NCBI GenBank assembly: GCA_036170915.1
Contig: JAVHQC010000022.1
Location: 64,001 to 128,000, forward strand
Length of the DNA stretch: 64,000 nucleotides
DNA from: Cyanobacteria bacterium auto_48_18
Lineage (GTDB): Bacteria; Cyanobacteriota; Vampirovibrionia; Obscuribacterales; Obscuribacteraceae
Direction of reading: 5' to 3'
The notes under the pieces: generated by a model
The model's database searches: none
What the model was told of the DNA's origin: nothing
What the model saw: the letters and a program-made list of their open reading frames with translations, nothing else
Made by a program: the position numbers and the translations under genes
Shown here: piece by piece, positions 1 through 10,727 of the stretch
How positions within the stretch are numbered: the stretch's first letter is position 1
How the letters are laid out: every line of letters starts with the position of its first letter

Positions 1-697
1 AACCACAGTTGGTCGAGCCCTTGCTCATCGTCTAAGAAGTAAATTTTTCTTGATCGACGGGACTTTTATTTCAGGTAGCCGTGACTTTTATCAAAAGATT
101 GAACGGGTATTCGAAGCTGCGAAAAGCAATGCTCCGTCAATCATATTTATCGACGAAAGTGATGTGATCTTTGAAAATAAAGATGACTTTGGTTTATATC
201 GCTACTTGCTTACAGCCCTGGATGGTCTCGAGAGCGAGAGCAATAAAAGGGTTTGCATCATGATGACGACCATGGATGTGAGTAGCGTTCCCGCCGCACT
301 TGTACGTTCTGGGCGCATTGAATTGTGGCTTGAGACCAGTTTACCCGACGTGAAGGCACGGCTTGAAATTCTAAGTGACCATGCTTCAAAACTCCCTCCC
401 CAGTTGCGTGGTGTTGATGTCGATCACCTTGCCGCGCAAACCGACGGATTGACTGGTGCCGACCTGCGACGCCTTATTCAAGACGGAAAAATTCTTTATG
501 CCTATGATTTGTCGCGCAATCGGCCGACAGAAAACATTGTCAATTATTTTGAGCAGGCCATCGAGACAATTAGAAGCAACAAAGAAAAATATCTCGAAGC
601 CGAGGCGAAGAGCCGCACTAAGAATATGACCGCCGACCCATTTGCCTTCTTGCGCCAGTATCAAGGGCCCGATTCTGAGGAAGACACCCCATCTTAA
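1..697 (+). CDS. AAA+ ATPase (CDC48/FtsH-like ATPase domain), 5'-truncated by window
   Basis: Frame open from position 2 (TTVGRALAHRL, end of Walker A); Walker B IIFIDESD; SRH-like ALVRSGRIE; lid GLTGADL. Confidence 0.85.
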   Translation, partial: TTVGRALAHRLRSKFFLIDGTFISGSRDFYQKIERVFEAAKSNAPSIIFIDESDVIFENKDDFGLYRYLLTALDGLESESNKRVCIMMTTMDVSSVPAALVRSGRIELWLETSLPDVKARLEILSDHASKLPPQLRGVDVDHLAAQTDGLTGADLRRLIQDGKILYAYDLSRNRPTENIVNYFEQAIETIRSNKEKYLEAEAKSRTKNMTADPFAFLRQYQGPDSEEDTPS

Positions 698-698
698 A

Positions 699-987
699 AC
701 CCAACGCTCTTATTTCACAGCTTTGACTGTGAGCTTTTCAAAGCTCACACTTCCAGTCTCGCCGTCGGCGCTCTTATCGAGCACCAGCGCCAGGTAGGCG
801 GTGCGGCCACGAACAAGTTCAAGCTTGAGGTGAGTTTTGTTTTCCTTGAGAGCAAATTGTTGGCTCACCACCTGGTGCCCTTCTGCATCTAATTGCACGC
901 ATTCTACAGCCAGTGCGATAGGTACACCCTCTTTAACCACATCACCCTCAAGCACAAAAGTATCCGGCAGTTCGTCGCTGTAAAGCA
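699..987. repeat. Direct repeat 1, distal copy (~289 bp): orphan duplicate of the 3' end of gene 1868..4120
   Basis: Aligns ungapped to 1857..2145 with about 24 mismatches by manual count. Confidence 0.95.
710..987 (-). pseudogene. Orphan C-terminal fragment (~92 codons) of the membrane protein 1868..4120
   Basis: Translation nearly identical to the last residues of 1868..4120 (...FEKLTVKAVK); no corresponding 5' part. Confidence 0.85.
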
Positions 988-1012
988 GACGAAGAGAGGT
1001 AGAAGTAATAAC

Positions 1013-1834
1013 TTACTTCAATCTGTTTGCTGCAGATGTGTCATTAAGAATGTCTATCAACGGCTTATAGCCTTCTGGCCATGAGGCCGGTTGGAAAAAC
1101 TCGAACCCTAAAAAATTCTTTGCAGCATTCCTGATTTTCTCAAATTCTTCTTCATGCTGAAGGCTATCGTCAATAAACTCAGTTAGCTGAAGCATCACTA
1201 GATCGTCATGTAACCACTTCACACTGTGAATCGGACAGTTGCTGAGTTTTTCGGTGCCGATAGCGTCAATATACTCCCGAGACAGCCAGGTACGCCAATA
1301 AAGATTTGGAATGCCGAGTTTTAGATGCTTGGTGTGGATCGAAACAGAGGGAAACTTATCATTGATTCCGCAACTAGAAACAGTGTCAATTTTGCTTTCC
1401 CTGTCGCGCTCTTTTTCCAGATTATTAGCCATATGCACATATGAAAAGTGAGCACCAATTTCAGCTGCTGCTTGGTCAGTAAACTTCAGTATTTCAGATT
1501 CTAGCCCCTCTACGTATTCTGCTGAAAATAATAAACTTGAATAGCGCCCGCTGATTGGGTAAGGTTCTTCAAGAAGACAACTAGCGTCAATCCACGGTGC
1601 TTTTGTACGCTTAAAGTGAACGATCTGCTCCCAGCACTCTTTCATTGTCTCTAGATTTTGATAAGTTAAGGGCCGTCGAATAGGCTCGGTTATATCAAAT
1701 CGATTTGGAAAATAAGTGGGAGCCAGAGCGTTCCACAATCCAAATAGTTTTTGCACATTGTGCCAGTCAATGAGTGAATTTTTCGACAATAAACCAACTG
1801 AAAAATGAGGAGTATCTGGTGGCATAATTGTCAA
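1013..1834 (-). CDS. Hypothetical protein, possibly polymorphic-toxin immunity-like; cargo between direct repeats
   Basis: 273-aa ORF with GAGG upstream; C-terminal 'GIPNLYWRTWLSREYIDAIG...VMLQLTE' is reminiscent of immunity-protein families (weak, by eye). Confidence 0.6.
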   Translation of the reverse strand: MTIMPPDTPHFSVGLLSKNSLIDWHNVQKLFGLWNALAPTYFPNRFDITEPIRRPLTYQNLETMKECWEQIVHFKRTKAPWIDASCLLEEPYPISGRYSSLLFSAEYVEGLESEILKFTDQAAAEIGAHFSYVHMANNLEKERDRESKIDTVSSCGINDKFPSVSIHTKHLKLGIPNLYWRTWLSREYIDAIGTEKLSNCPIHSVKWLHDDLVMLQLTEFIDDSLQHEEEFEKIRNAAKNFLGFEFFQPASWPEGYKPLIDILNDTSAANRLK

Positions 1835-1856
1835 CCTCGATAAGTATTAGTTGAAG

Positions 1857-2145
1857 ACCCAACGCTCTTATTTCACAGCTTTGACTGTTAGTTTTTCAAA
1901 GCTAACATTACCAGTTTCGCCGTCGGCGCTCTTATCGAGAACCAACGCCAGGTAGGCGGTGCGGCCACGAACAAGTTCAAGCTTGAGATGAGTTTTGTTT
2001 TCTTTTAGAGCAAATTGTTGGCTCACTATCTGGTGCCCTTCTGCATCTAATTGCACGCATTCTACAGCCAGCGATATAGGCACACCCTCTTTAACCACAT
2101 CACCTTCGAGAATAAAAGCATCAGGCAGCTCGTCGCTGTAAAGCA
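1857..2145. repeat. Direct repeat 1, proximal copy (functional 3' end of 1868..4120)
   Basis: Matches 699..987 at offset 1158. Confidence 0.95.
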
Positions 2146-4120
2146 AATAGCGTCTCTCCCCTTCCAAGCATTTTTCGCGTGGTGCGTCTAGTTTAAAATT
2201 GAAATGAGAACGCTTTAGGTCATAGCAAATTTCGCTCAGCGCCCCGGTGGTAATCCACGCAGGTTGGCTGCCCGGGCGATCTTTGACAAACTGGCGCATT
2301 TTTCCTAAAGTCAGCGCCGCGTCTTTCAGGCTCGTTGGTCGCACGCGCTCGTAGACCGTGGCTTTGACTTCACCGTCTAAAATTTGAGGGGCGATGTTCT
2401 TGCTCACGGCAAAGTCTTGTGCCAGCGGCCAGCCTTCTTTAAAGCAACTCAAAACCGCTGTTAAAATGTCTTGCTCTTTAGCCGGAATGAAGAATTGCGA
2501 TTTATCTGGCACCACCACATATGATGCCCCCAGTAAACGCTCGAGAGCATACGAATCTTTTGAGTCGACGCACGGCAGCTCTGCCCAGGCAATAGTGTCG
2601 CCATATTTGCCGTAAAGTTCGCGCTCGGCATTGCGTAAGACTCCATCGCTGAGAATGTTGCTAAAAGCAGCCACATAAACCAGCCCTCGCTTGTCTATTT
2701 GCTTGGCCATCTTCATGCGTGCTGGTAGGCTCGGGTCTTGATTAGCGGCAATGGCTGAGCGCATATCAGTGACCAGGCTGTGCAGCGCGCCGCGGTCAGA
2801 ATATTGCCAGGGGCCATAGTTGGCTGAGAACAACGCTCCCAGTGGCTCGCCTTCTACTTCGACAAATGAAAGCATGCCGGGCATAAACTGTTTAATGGCA
2901 AACTTCTGTGCCACCGCTGGTGGCATCAGGCTGAACGCTAGATTTACTGCTCCAAAGCTCAGCAAAGCAATTGCGGTGGCAACTCGTGTGAAGTTGATTG
3001 GTCCGCTGAGCACGGCTATTAGCCCGAATAAGCCCAGTGCCACCAGAGGCGTAAAATACAAGGTGTAGTGCGTACCCAGTTCGTTGGGTCCCATAATCCA
3101 GAAAATGCAGCCGGTGCAGTAGAGCATCAAGACAAATCTGAAATTGTCTCTTTGCCACAAATTGGCTCGCCAGGCCAATATAATTCCTGACAGAGAAGCG
3201 AGCCAGATCACAATGCCATAAGAAGATGTGAAATACGAGAGGGCGTGTAAAAGCGATACGTGATACGACTCGTAGAGGGCATGATAGTTGTGCCGGGTGA
3301 CATTAACCAAAAATGAAAAGCCCAGCGCAATGATGGTAACTGCACCGGCCATGCCGATTTGCAGTAAAGGAATAAATTTTGCTTTGAGACCCTTCACAGA
3401 TTTTACTGTCAGCCATTGATCCACCACGAGAGCTAACACAAAGGCAATGGCTTCATAGGCAAAATAGCGACGCAGAAGCACTGCCAGGGCGAGGAAAAAT
3501 CCAAGATAATAGTTGTATTTTTCAGAAGAAAGGTCGCGATTTTTGAAATATAAATGTATGCACCACAAGAGCGTCAAAGCCGCACTATAGTCTGGATAAC
3601 CTCGCAGAAGCGGTGCCCATAACGGGGGCAGGGCGAGGCAGGCGAAAGTGAAAATGAAAAACAACCACTTTTTCGATGATACTGCCGGTTGGAACATGCG
3701 CACGCCGAGGCTGGCGAGCAATGCCACAAAGGGAATAAAATAAGCTAGGGTGACGCTTTCGATAAAACCGGTGCGATTGTCACCCAGCACCACCATTAGT
3801 GGCGCCAGAGGAGCGGTGAAGAATAAGTTGTGCGTGAGCGTGGCTGAGCTCACCAGTAAAAGTGGATAAGTTATGGGGCTATCGAGCATGGCATTAAGCG
3901 AAATGCGTGTGGCCCATTCGTAATAATTGAAGTCAGACCAGTAGTAAGGCGCTTCATAAGCAACATAGGTGCGTACTATCCATAGAGCTAGTGCCATTGC
4001 CGACAAAACGGTTATTAGACAGTGAAAGTTTGAGCGGCGCGCGGAAGAACCTGTTGGCACCGGCACAGGCGCAGCAGGCTTTGATGATTGGTCTAAATTT
4101 GGCGGCTGGTCAGCTGTCAT
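1868..4120 (-). CDS. Multi-pass membrane protein, probable GT-C fold glycosyltransferase
   Basis: 750 aa; many N-terminal TM helices, acidic motif (YWSD) after TM1, soluble C-terminal domain. Confidence 0.6.
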   Translation of the reverse strand: MTADQPPNLDQSSKPAAPVPVPTGSSARRSNFHCLITVLSAMALALWIVRTYVAYEAPYYWSDFNYYEWATRISLNAMLDSPITYPLLLVSSATLTHNLFFTAPLAPLMVVLGDNRTGFIESVTLAYFIPFVALLASLGVRMFQPAVSSKKWLFFIFTFACLALPPLWAPLLRGYPDYSAALTLLWCIHLYFKNRDLSSEKYNYYLGFFLALAVLLRRYFAYEAIAFVLALVVDQWLTVKSVKGLKAKFIPLLQIGMAGAVTIIALGFSFLVNVTRHNYHALYESYHVSLLHALSYFTSSYGIVIWLASLSGIILAWRANLWQRDNFRFVLMLYCTGCIFWIMGPNELGTHYTLYFTPLVALGLFGLIAVLSGPINFTRVATAIALLSFGAVNLAFSLMPPAVAQKFAIKQFMPGMLSFVEVEGEPLGALFSANYGPWQYSDRGALHSLVTDMRSAIAANQDPSLPARMKMAKQIDKRGLVYVAAFSNILSDGVLRNAERELYGKYGDTIAWAELPCVDSKDSYALERLLGASYVVVPDKSQFFIPAKEQDILTAVLSCFKEGWPLAQDFAVSKNIAPQILDGEVKATVYERVRPTSLKDAALTLGKMRQFVKDRPGSQPAWITTGALSEICYDLKRSHFNFKLDAPREKCLEGERRYLLYSDELPDAFILEGDVVKEGVPISLAVECVQLDAEGHQIVSQQFALKENKTHLKLELVRGRTAYLALVLDKSADGETGNVSFEKLTVKAVK

Positions 4121-4199
4121 GATTTGTGGGTTGAAAAGCTCAATTACACTGAGGTCAAGACAATGCTAGCATGGTGATGATGTTCAACTAAGAGGTCTT

Positions 4200-5504
4200 T
4201 TGTTCTTGGCTAAAGCCGTCCGGTGCCTGATGTTAACCGCCTGGCTGGGCTTTTTCATTTTCACTCAGCTGGCCACCATATTACTTTTGGCGCGGCCACT
4301 TGCAGATGGTCAATGGCATTTGCATGCCACAGCCAACAGCCCCACTCTGATTGATTTTTCACAGTCATACCAGGCCGGCCAGCTGGCTGTTTCAAAGCAG
4401 GCGCTTCATATTTATGAGCCTGAAGTGCAGAAGACCTGGGCAAATGGGCTGATACGCCCTTACGTTTTCGATAAAACTTTCTACAATCAGTCTGTTCCTT
4501 TTCTCTATGTTATTTGCATTCCTTTTGGCTTTTTGCCATACAGCAAAGCCTATGTGGTCTGGTGTCTGTTCTGGGAAGTACTTTGCCTTTCTATACTGGG
4601 TGTTTTTCTTCAGCGTCACAGCAGGCTGCAAGGCACAAGCCGTCTGCTTTTTCTTACCGGCGTAATGGCCTCAATTCCCGCTTATTTGTGTGTTTGGCAC
4701 GGTCAAACCACCTTTCTTCTGCTGGCTTGTTTTACGCTTTTTACTCACTTTTTGTTGGCAGGAAAAAATCTTTGGGCGGGAGTATCATTTGCTCTCACCA
4801 CTTTCAAGCCACAGTACGCCCTGCTTTTTGCAAGTGGGCTACTGGGTGCCAGAGCCTTCAAAGTACTTTTGTTTTCCGCTTTATTCGAAGTGTGCTTGAT
4901 GTTAGTAGCCGCACTCTTTCTGGGTTTTGAGAATATCGTCGGTTATCCTCATGTCTTGCTTCACGCTGAGGGAACTGAGAAATTTATTGGTGTCAATCCT
5001 AACTATATGACCAGCGTTAGAGGCTTGCTCAGTGTTTTGTTGCAGCATAAAACCGCCATGCTCACGACCATTGGCTTGTTGTTTGCTTGTTTGTTGCCCT
5101 GGGGCTGGCTGGCCCACAGGTTAGGGCTTGGCCCGGGCAAATTCGATAGTGAGAAAGGGCGCTGGTATCTCGCTCTTACTTTTGTCGCGGCCTTGATTCT
5201 AAGCCCTCACACGCATTATTTTGATTGTTTGCTACTTGCTGTGCCCGCGGCTCTGACATTGCCGTCGCTCAATTTAGTATCTATCTGGGCTAAAGCCGAC
5301 GAGAGCGGTGACCCCAATCGGTTTGTGTGGTACCGGCTCTGGTGCACCATAATGGTTCTTTATCCGCTGGTGAGCTGGCCAATTAATTTTGTCTCTAGCC
5401 GCGAATTGGAAGGAATTTGTTTTCTGGTTCTCAATAGTGCGCTAATGCTTTGCGGCGGCTTAACTTTGCAAAAGCTGGCGGCGGCGAAAACTCAACAGGG
5501 GTAA
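4200..5504 (+). CDS. Glycosyltransferase family 87 (DUF2029)-like membrane protein
   Basis: DF..Y motif, GQ motif, KPQ, SPH.HYFD motifs; multi-TM. Confidence 0.8.
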   Translation: MFLAKAVRCLMLTAWLGFFIFTQLATILLLARPLADGQWHLHATANSPTLIDFSQSYQAGQLAVSKQALHIYEPEVQKTWANGLIRPYVFDKTFYNQSVPFLYVICIPFGFLPYSKAYVVWCLFWEVLCLSILGVFLQRHSRLQGTSRLLFLTGVMASIPAYLCVWHGQTTFLLLACFTLFTHFLLAGKNLWAGVSFALTTFKPQYALLFASGLLGARAFKVLLFSALFEVCLMLVAALFLGFENIVGYPHVLLHAEGTEKFIGVNPNYMTSVRGLLSVLLQHKTAMLTTIGLLFACLLPWGWLAHRLGLGPGKFDSEKGRWYLALTFVAALILSPHTHYFDCLLLAVPAALTLPSLNLVSIWAKADESGDPNRFVWYRLWCTIMVLYPLVSWPINFVSSRELEGICFLVLNSALMLCGGLTLQKLAAAKTQQG

Positions 5505-5647
5505 GACTTTTCGGCGTGCGGCCAAGCCGGCGGACAAAAAATGCTTCATTAATGTAGCAATCTGGCTCTAGACCCATTAAGATATTTTAGCAATTGCCGT
5601 GCCTGGCAGTTTTGCGCTCCACCAGTGAGAAAGGAAGTCGTTAGCGG

Positions 5648-7234
5648 ATGTCTCAAGTTGCCATTATAGTTGGTGCCGGACCAGCGGGATTGACCGCAGC
5701 TTTTGAGCTTCTTGAACGCAGTGACGTCAAGCCTTTAATCATTGAAAAAGATAGCGTCATCGGTGGTCTTTCGCGCACGATTGAGTACAAAGGCAACCGC
5801 ATTGATATTGGCCCGCACCGGTTCTTTTCAAAATCAGACCGCGTGATGGACTGGTGGATGCAGATGATGCCTGTGCAAGGGCTTCCTGGCCAAGAAGTAG
5901 AAATTTCATATCACAATAAGACACGCACAATTCCTGTCAGTGCCGATGGGCCATCACCTGATGATGTTGAAAATGTGCTGATTACTTTGCAGCGTCAGAC
6001 TCGCATCTATTACCTGCGCAAATTTTTTGATTATCCAATCAGTCTTAAACCAGTGACGTTTACGAACTTGGGCATGGCTCGCACCATACGCATCGGCCTC
6101 AGTTACATGAAAGCCATGGCTATGCCGATTAAGCCTGAAACAAATTTAGAAGAGTTTTTCACCAATCGTTTTGGTCGCGAACTTTATCTCACTTTCTTCA
6201 AAGACTATACAGAAAAAGTGTGGGGCATTTCTTGCTCTAAAATTAGTGCCGCCTGGGGCGCGCAGCGGGTTAAAGGGCTTTCCATTGTTAAAGTGGTGCT
6301 GCACGCTGCCAAAAAAATGTTGGGTTCTGTCACCGATTTGCGCCAGAAAGATACTGAAACATCTTTGGTCGAACAGTTTTTGTATCCGAAGAAAGGCACC
6401 GGTTCAATGTGGCAAGAAGTTGCCGATCGCGTGCTGGCTAAAGGTGGTGAGATTCGCACCAATTCTCAAGTTTCGCGTTTCATTACTGAAGGCAATCGTA
6501 TTACCGGCGTAGAAATCGTCAACAGTGTGAGCGGCGAAAAAGAAGTGCTTTCAGGAGACTATTTCTTTTCTACCATTCCTGTCAAAGAACTGGTGGCAAA
6601 GCTTGACGCAGATGTACCGCAAGAGCCAAAAGAAATCGCTGAAGGGCTTATTTACCGCGATTTCATCGAAGTGGGCATGCTGGTTAACGAACTCAAAGTC
6701 TCAGAGAAAACTCCCACCGGCAAAAAACTGATTGCTGATAACTGGATTTATGTGCAAGAAAATGACGTCATGATCGGTCGTCTGCAAATTTACAACAACT
6801 GGGGCAGCTATATGGTGGCAGACCCTACCAAAGTCTGGTTGGGGCTTGAGTATTTCTGCAATGAAACTGACGATATCTGGACCTGGCCTGACGATAAACT
6901 TAAGCAGCTAGGTGCTGATGAACTCGATAAAATCGGCATTATTGAAAAGTCGCAAGTAGTCGATTCGATGGTCATTCGTATGCCAAAAACTTATCCTGGA
7001 TATTTTGGTTCTTACGATCGTTTTGATGATTTGCGCAAGTACATTGATACGTTTGAAAATCTATTTCTGGTGGGCAGAAACGGCATGCACAAATACAACA
7101 ATCAAGACCATTCAATGCTTACAGCCATGGTGGCAGTTGATAATATCGTCGGTAATATTAAGACCAAAGATAATATTTGGGACGTGAATACTGAAATGGA
7201 ATATCACGAAGAGAAAAAAGGGTCAGATACCTAA
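5648..7234 (+). CDS. FAD-dependent oxidoreductase (protoporphyrinogen oxidase/UDP-galactopyranose mutase-like family)
   Basis: GAGPAG Rossmann, [24 protein letters not shown]. Confidence 0.85.
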   Translation: MSQVAIIVGAGPAGLTAAFELLERSDVKPLIIEKDSVIGGLSRTIEYKGNRIDIGPHRFFSKSDRVMDWWMQMMPVQGLPGQEVEISYHNKTRTIPVSADGPSPDDVENVLITLQRQTRIYYLRKFFDYPISLKPVTFTNLGMARTIRIGLSYMKAMAMPIKPETNLEEFFTNRFGRELYLTFFKDYTEKVWGISCSKISAAWGAQRVKGLSIVKVVLHAAKKMLGSVTDLRQKDTETSLVEQFLYPKKGTGSMWQEVADRVLAKGGEIRTNSQVSRFITEGNRITGVEIVNSVSGEKEVLSGDYFFSTIPVKELVAKLDADVPQEPKEIAEGLIYRDFIEVGMLVNELKVSEKTPTGKKLIADNWIYVQENDVMIGRLQIYNNWGSYMVADPTKVWLGLEYFCNETDDIWTWPDDKLKQLGADELDKIGIIEKSQVVDSMVIRMPKTYPGYFGSYDRFDDLRKYIDTFENLFLVGRNGMHKYNNQDHSMLTAMVAVDNIVGNIKTKDNIWDVNTEMEYHEEKKGSDT

Positions 7235-8001
7235 TTTTTCGTGGCCAAACCATCAGTCGATTTAGCAACCGAAAATTCGATGATGCGATAAGGCGGCTGG
7301 TCAGGAATTTTTGCCTTGAGAAGAGGCATAGCAACGTTGTACACCGGTGTGCCTGATATCAATGTACCTTCCAGTGTGCCTTTGTGCACATGACCATGAA
7401 AGACGGCGTTGACAGGGTTACGCAACAGTGGTTCTTCTAATCGGCTGTTACCTAAAAATGGATAAATTTCAACAGGTTCACCAATTACGGTGCCAAGTAT
7501 TGGTGAGTAGTGCAAAACAGCAACGCGGTAGGTAGTGCGCAAGCGTGCCAGGGCCGAATCAAGCTTGAGTGCTTCGCTCATAGCTTCATTGACTATACTT
7601 TTGATGCCGGCTTCGCCCCATGCTCCTAGTGAATGACGGCCGAAGCCACCGATATATCCTTTAATTCCGGCAAAACCTACGCCTAAAATTTCTACGGTGT
7701 CGCCGTCTAAAATGGTGATACCGCCGGCGCTTAGAATTTTGCTCACTTCCTCGGCTTGGCCGGTTTCAAAATCATGATTGCCTAAGACTCCCACCATTGG
7801 AATTTTTACGGAGCTCAGTTCTTTGAGGAGAATATGCGCTTCTTCAGGAGTGCCATAGTCGGTGAGATCTCCGCATAAAATCAGGATGTCAGCCTGGTCG
7901 TTGACGTTGGCAAAAAATGGTGCTATCAGCCCAAGGGCGTTTTTGCCACAGTGAATGTCGCCTACCGCTGCTATTCGCACATTATCTTTTTCCATAATCA
8001 C
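7231..8001 (-). CDS. Calcineurin-like metallophosphoesterase
   Basis: DIH, GDLT, GNHD, H, GHVH motifs. Confidence 0.9.
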   Translation of the reverse strand: MIMEKDNVRIAAVGDIHCGKNALGLIAPFFANVNDQADILILCGDLTDYGTPEEAHILLKELSSVKIPMVGVLGNHDFETGQAEEVSKILSAGGITILDGDTVEILGVGFAGIKGYIGGFGRHSLGAWGEAGIKSIVNEAMSEALKLDSALARLRTTYRVAVLHYSPILGTVIGEPVEIYPFLGNSRLEEPLLRNPVNAVFHGHVHKGTLEGTLISGTPVYNVAMPLLKAKIPDQPPYRIIEFSVAKSTDGLATKN

Positions 8002-8125
8002 TAACCAGTTGGTTTTCCTTCAAGTTTTATCACCAATTCGGGAACTATAGACTCTCAATTGCTTCTGTACTCGTTACGGCAGTGACGTACCGGTGGCACG
8101 TTTGTTTCATAGGTTGCGCTTCAAG

Positions 8126-8962
8126 ATGGAAGAACTGCTCGATAGAAATCAGGAGAAAGCCATGGTTGCTCTAAACAAAGGCTTAGATAAAGAAGCCCTC
8201 AATTTTTATGTTGATACGCTCAATCTATTAAATGGCACCGACATTCCTTACTTGGTAGGTGGTGCTTACGCTCTGGCAAAACACGCTGGCGTTGAGAGAC
8301 ACACCCGTGACCTCGATCTGTTCGTGCGTGAGGCAGACTGCAAACGCATTTTAGACTTTCTCGCCGGCCACGGATACAAAACCGAAATGACTTTTCCGCA
8401 CTGGTTGGGCAAAGCTTATTGCGGTGACATCTATATCGATATTATTTTCAGCTCGGGCAATGCCATTGCTTACGTAGATGATAAGTGGTTTGAGCACGCC
8501 GTTGACGGCAATGTTTTTGGAGTAGACGTGAAGCTCTGTCCGGCTGAAGAGATTTTCTGGTCAAAAGCTTTCATCATGGAGCGAGAGCGATTTGACGGGG
8601 CTGATATTGCCCATTTGCTAAGGGCTATGGCTTCTACCCTTGACTGGGAACGTGTGATTGATCGTTTCGACAAACACTGGCGTGTTTTGCTTACCCATTT
8701 AATTTTGTTTGGATTTATCTATCCGGCGGAACAACACAAAATTCCCGGCAAGGTGCTCTCGCAATTGCTTAAAAGAGTTGAAGACGAAATTGGAGTAGAG
8801 CAAAGCAGCCCTTTGAATCTTTGCCAGGGCACATTGCTTTCGCGAGAGCAATATTTACCTGATTTAGACAATTGGAATTATACGGATGCTCGGCTACAGC
8901 CTTGCGGCAACATGTCCAGAGGACAGTTGGCCCACTGGACAGCAGCAATTGCTGAGAAGTAA
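8126..8962 (+). CDS. Nucleotidyltransferase family protein
   Basis: GGAYAL...TRDLDLF pol-beta-like NTase motif; start codon uncertain (8093/8126/8162). Confidence 0.8.
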   Translation: MEELLDRNQEKAMVALNKGLDKEALNFYVDTLNLLNGTDIPYLVGGAYALAKHAGVERHTRDLDLFVREADCKRILDFLAGHGYKTEMTFPHWLGKAYCGDIYIDIIFSSGNAIAYVDDKWFEHAVDGNVFGVDVKLCPAEEIFWSKAFIMERERFDGADIAHLLRAMASTLDWERVIDRFDKHWRVLLTHLILFGFIYPAEQHKIPGKVLSQLLKRVEDEIGVEQSSPLNLCQGTLLSREQYLPDLDNWNYTDARLQPCGNMSRGQLAHWTAAIAEK

Positions 8963-9046
8963 ATTGAATGTCTAATCTGTTACCGGCGTCTTTGATCTGG
9001 GCAAACTCGATTTTCAGGCCAGTAGATTCAAGCGAGGCGTGCTGAG

Positions 9047-9424
9047 ATGCCAACAATTCTCATTGTGGACGATGATCCGGTGACACTGAGTGTGGTTGCC
9101 TTACAGCTCAAGGAGCTTGGTATGGAGTCGCATGCGGCTAGTAGTGGAGTCGATGCCGCCCAGCAGGTGGCTTTAAATCAATATTCGCTGGTTTTGATGG
9201 ATGTGCAAATGCCGCATTTTGATGGCCTGGAAGCAACTCGAGCGATTAGGGAGTTGCAAGTAAACTCTAGCCGGCCACATTTGCCTATAATTGCTATGAC
9301 TGCGGAACCTGATAAAGAAAAATGCCTGGCTTCGGGCATGGACGATTTTCTTTTCAAACCGATATTGCTTGATGATTTTCGCGCTTTGCTTGACCGCTGG
9401 CTTGAACCCGAACCACTCACATAA
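9047..9424 (+). CDS. Single-domain response regulator (CheY-like receiver)
   Basis: VDDD, LMDVQMP, AMTA, KP. Confidence 0.92.
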   Translation: MPTILIVDDDPVTLSVVALQLKELGMESHAASSGVDAAQQVALNQYSLVLMDVQMPHFDGLEATRAIRELQVNSSRPHLPIIAMTAEPDKEKCLASGMDDFLFKPILLDDFRALLDRWLEPEPLT

Positions 9425-9439
9425 GGAATTAATATCAGG

Positions 9440-10396
9440 ATGACAGGTATAGATCCGGCCACTAAGGCCTTCCTCGAAACAGTCAATGCTCAAAAAGGGC
9501 CAAAGATATACGAGATACCTGTAGACAAAGGACGCGCCGCTTTTACCGGCTTGCAAGACCTTGCCGTAACAAAGTTGCCCGTAGACATTGAAGATAGAGA
9601 GCTAGACCTGGGTGAAGCCGGTCGAGTGGAAGTAAGCATTATGCGGCCTCAGGGCAATACTACTAAGTTGCCCGTAATTATTTATTCGCACGGAGCAGGA
9701 TGGGTTTTTGGTGATCGCCAGATTTACGACCGGCTATTGCGTGATCTCACTGTAGGAGCGCAAGCGGCCCTAGTCTATGTGAACTTCTCACGCTCCCCTG
9801 AAGCTAAGTATCCAGTTGCCATTGAGCAAATTTATGCTGTAGCCAAGTATGTTTATGCCAATAGCGAAAGCTTTAACGTCGACGCGAGCAAGTTTGCTGT
9901 GGCCGGCGACAGTGTGGGCGGCAATATGACGGCGGCTCTGACAATGATGGCCAAAGAACGCGGTGGTGTGAAAATTGGCACCCAGGTGCTCTTCTATCCG
10001 GTCACCAATGCTGAGTTTGATAACGCATCATATAAAGAATTTGCCCACGATCACTTTCTCACCGTGGAAGCGATGAAATGGTTCTGGGATCAATACGCGC
10101 CTGATCACGCCACCAGGAAGGCTCCCACAGCTTCGCCTTTGCTTGCAACGCTAGAACAGCTGCAAGGTCTGCCGCCAGCGCTCGTTATCAATGGCGAAAT
10201 GGATGTTTTGCGAGATGAGGGTGAGGCATACGCGCACAAGCTCATCAGTGCTGGTGTGAGAGTTGAAGCAGTGCGTTTTCATGGCACAATTCATGACTTT
10301 GTCATGCTCAATGCCCTGGCCGAAACTCCCGCAGCCCGCGGCGCTATTGCCATGGCCTGCTCATATTTGCAGCGCTATTTTGCCGGTCAATTTTGA
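9440..10396 (+). CDS. Alpha/beta hydrolase, HSL-family esterase/lipase
   Basis: HGAGW oxyanion motif, GDSVG nucleophile, DVLRDEG, HDF. Confidence 0.92.
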   Translation: MTGIDPATKAFLETVNAQKGPKIYEIPVDKGRAAFTGLQDLAVTKLPVDIEDRELDLGEAGRVEVSIMRPQGNTTKLPVIIYSHGAGWVFGDRQIYDRLLRDLTVGAQAALVYVNFSRSPEAKYPVAIEQIYAVAKYVYANSESFNVDASKFAVAGDSVGGNMTAALTMMAKERGGVKIGTQVLFYPVTNAEFDNASYKEFAHDHFLTVEAMKWFWDQYAPDHATRKAPTASPLLATLEQLQGLPPALVINGEMDVLRDEGEAYAHKLISAGVRVEAVRFHGTIHDFVMLNALAETPAARGAIAMACSYLQRYFAGQF

Positions 10397-10401
10397 TCAG
10401 A

Positions 10402-10551
10402 TTAAACGCTTGTGGTGCGGCCGGTAAGCATGTCAAAAAGAAATACTGCCACAGCTAAAGCTAATAATGTGTGCACGAAGCCGCCGCCAATATGAGATAC
10501 GAGGCCGACGATCCAGAAGAAGACTAATAGAGAAATTAACGTGTAAATCAT
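10402..10551 (-). CDS. Small membrane protein, lmo0937/DUF5670 family (49 aa; not in ORF track)
   Basis: Manual translation MIYTLISLLVFFWIVGLVSHIGGGFVHTLLALAVAVFLFDMLTGRTTSV; AAGGTG SD upstream. Confidence 0.85.
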   Translation of the reverse strand: MIYTLISLLVFFWIVGLVSHIGGGFVHTLLALAVAVFLFDMLTGRTTSV

Positions 10552-10727
10552 GGTGTGTCACCTTTTTCTTACTACGCAGTCCTAGACTTGATTTACGCCT
10601 TTAAGTTCCGAATGTTGCAGCTCGACTGTAAGCCAAACTTACTGGTAAAAATTGTTGAGTTTGAGCCAATGGCTTGCAAAGCGAATATATTGGAGTGATA
10701 TGTCCGTTCCTTATTTGAGGCAAACTT

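Noticed and set aside
699..2145. Diversity-generating retroelement TR/VR pair
   Set aside because: Mismatches are not confined to adenines on either strand, are mostly synonymous, and no reverse transcriptase is present in the window
699..2145. Simple collapsed or duplicated assembly artefact
   Set aside because: The copies differ at about 8% of sites and bracket a unique intact ORF; a strain-chimera assembly cannot be fully excluded without reads
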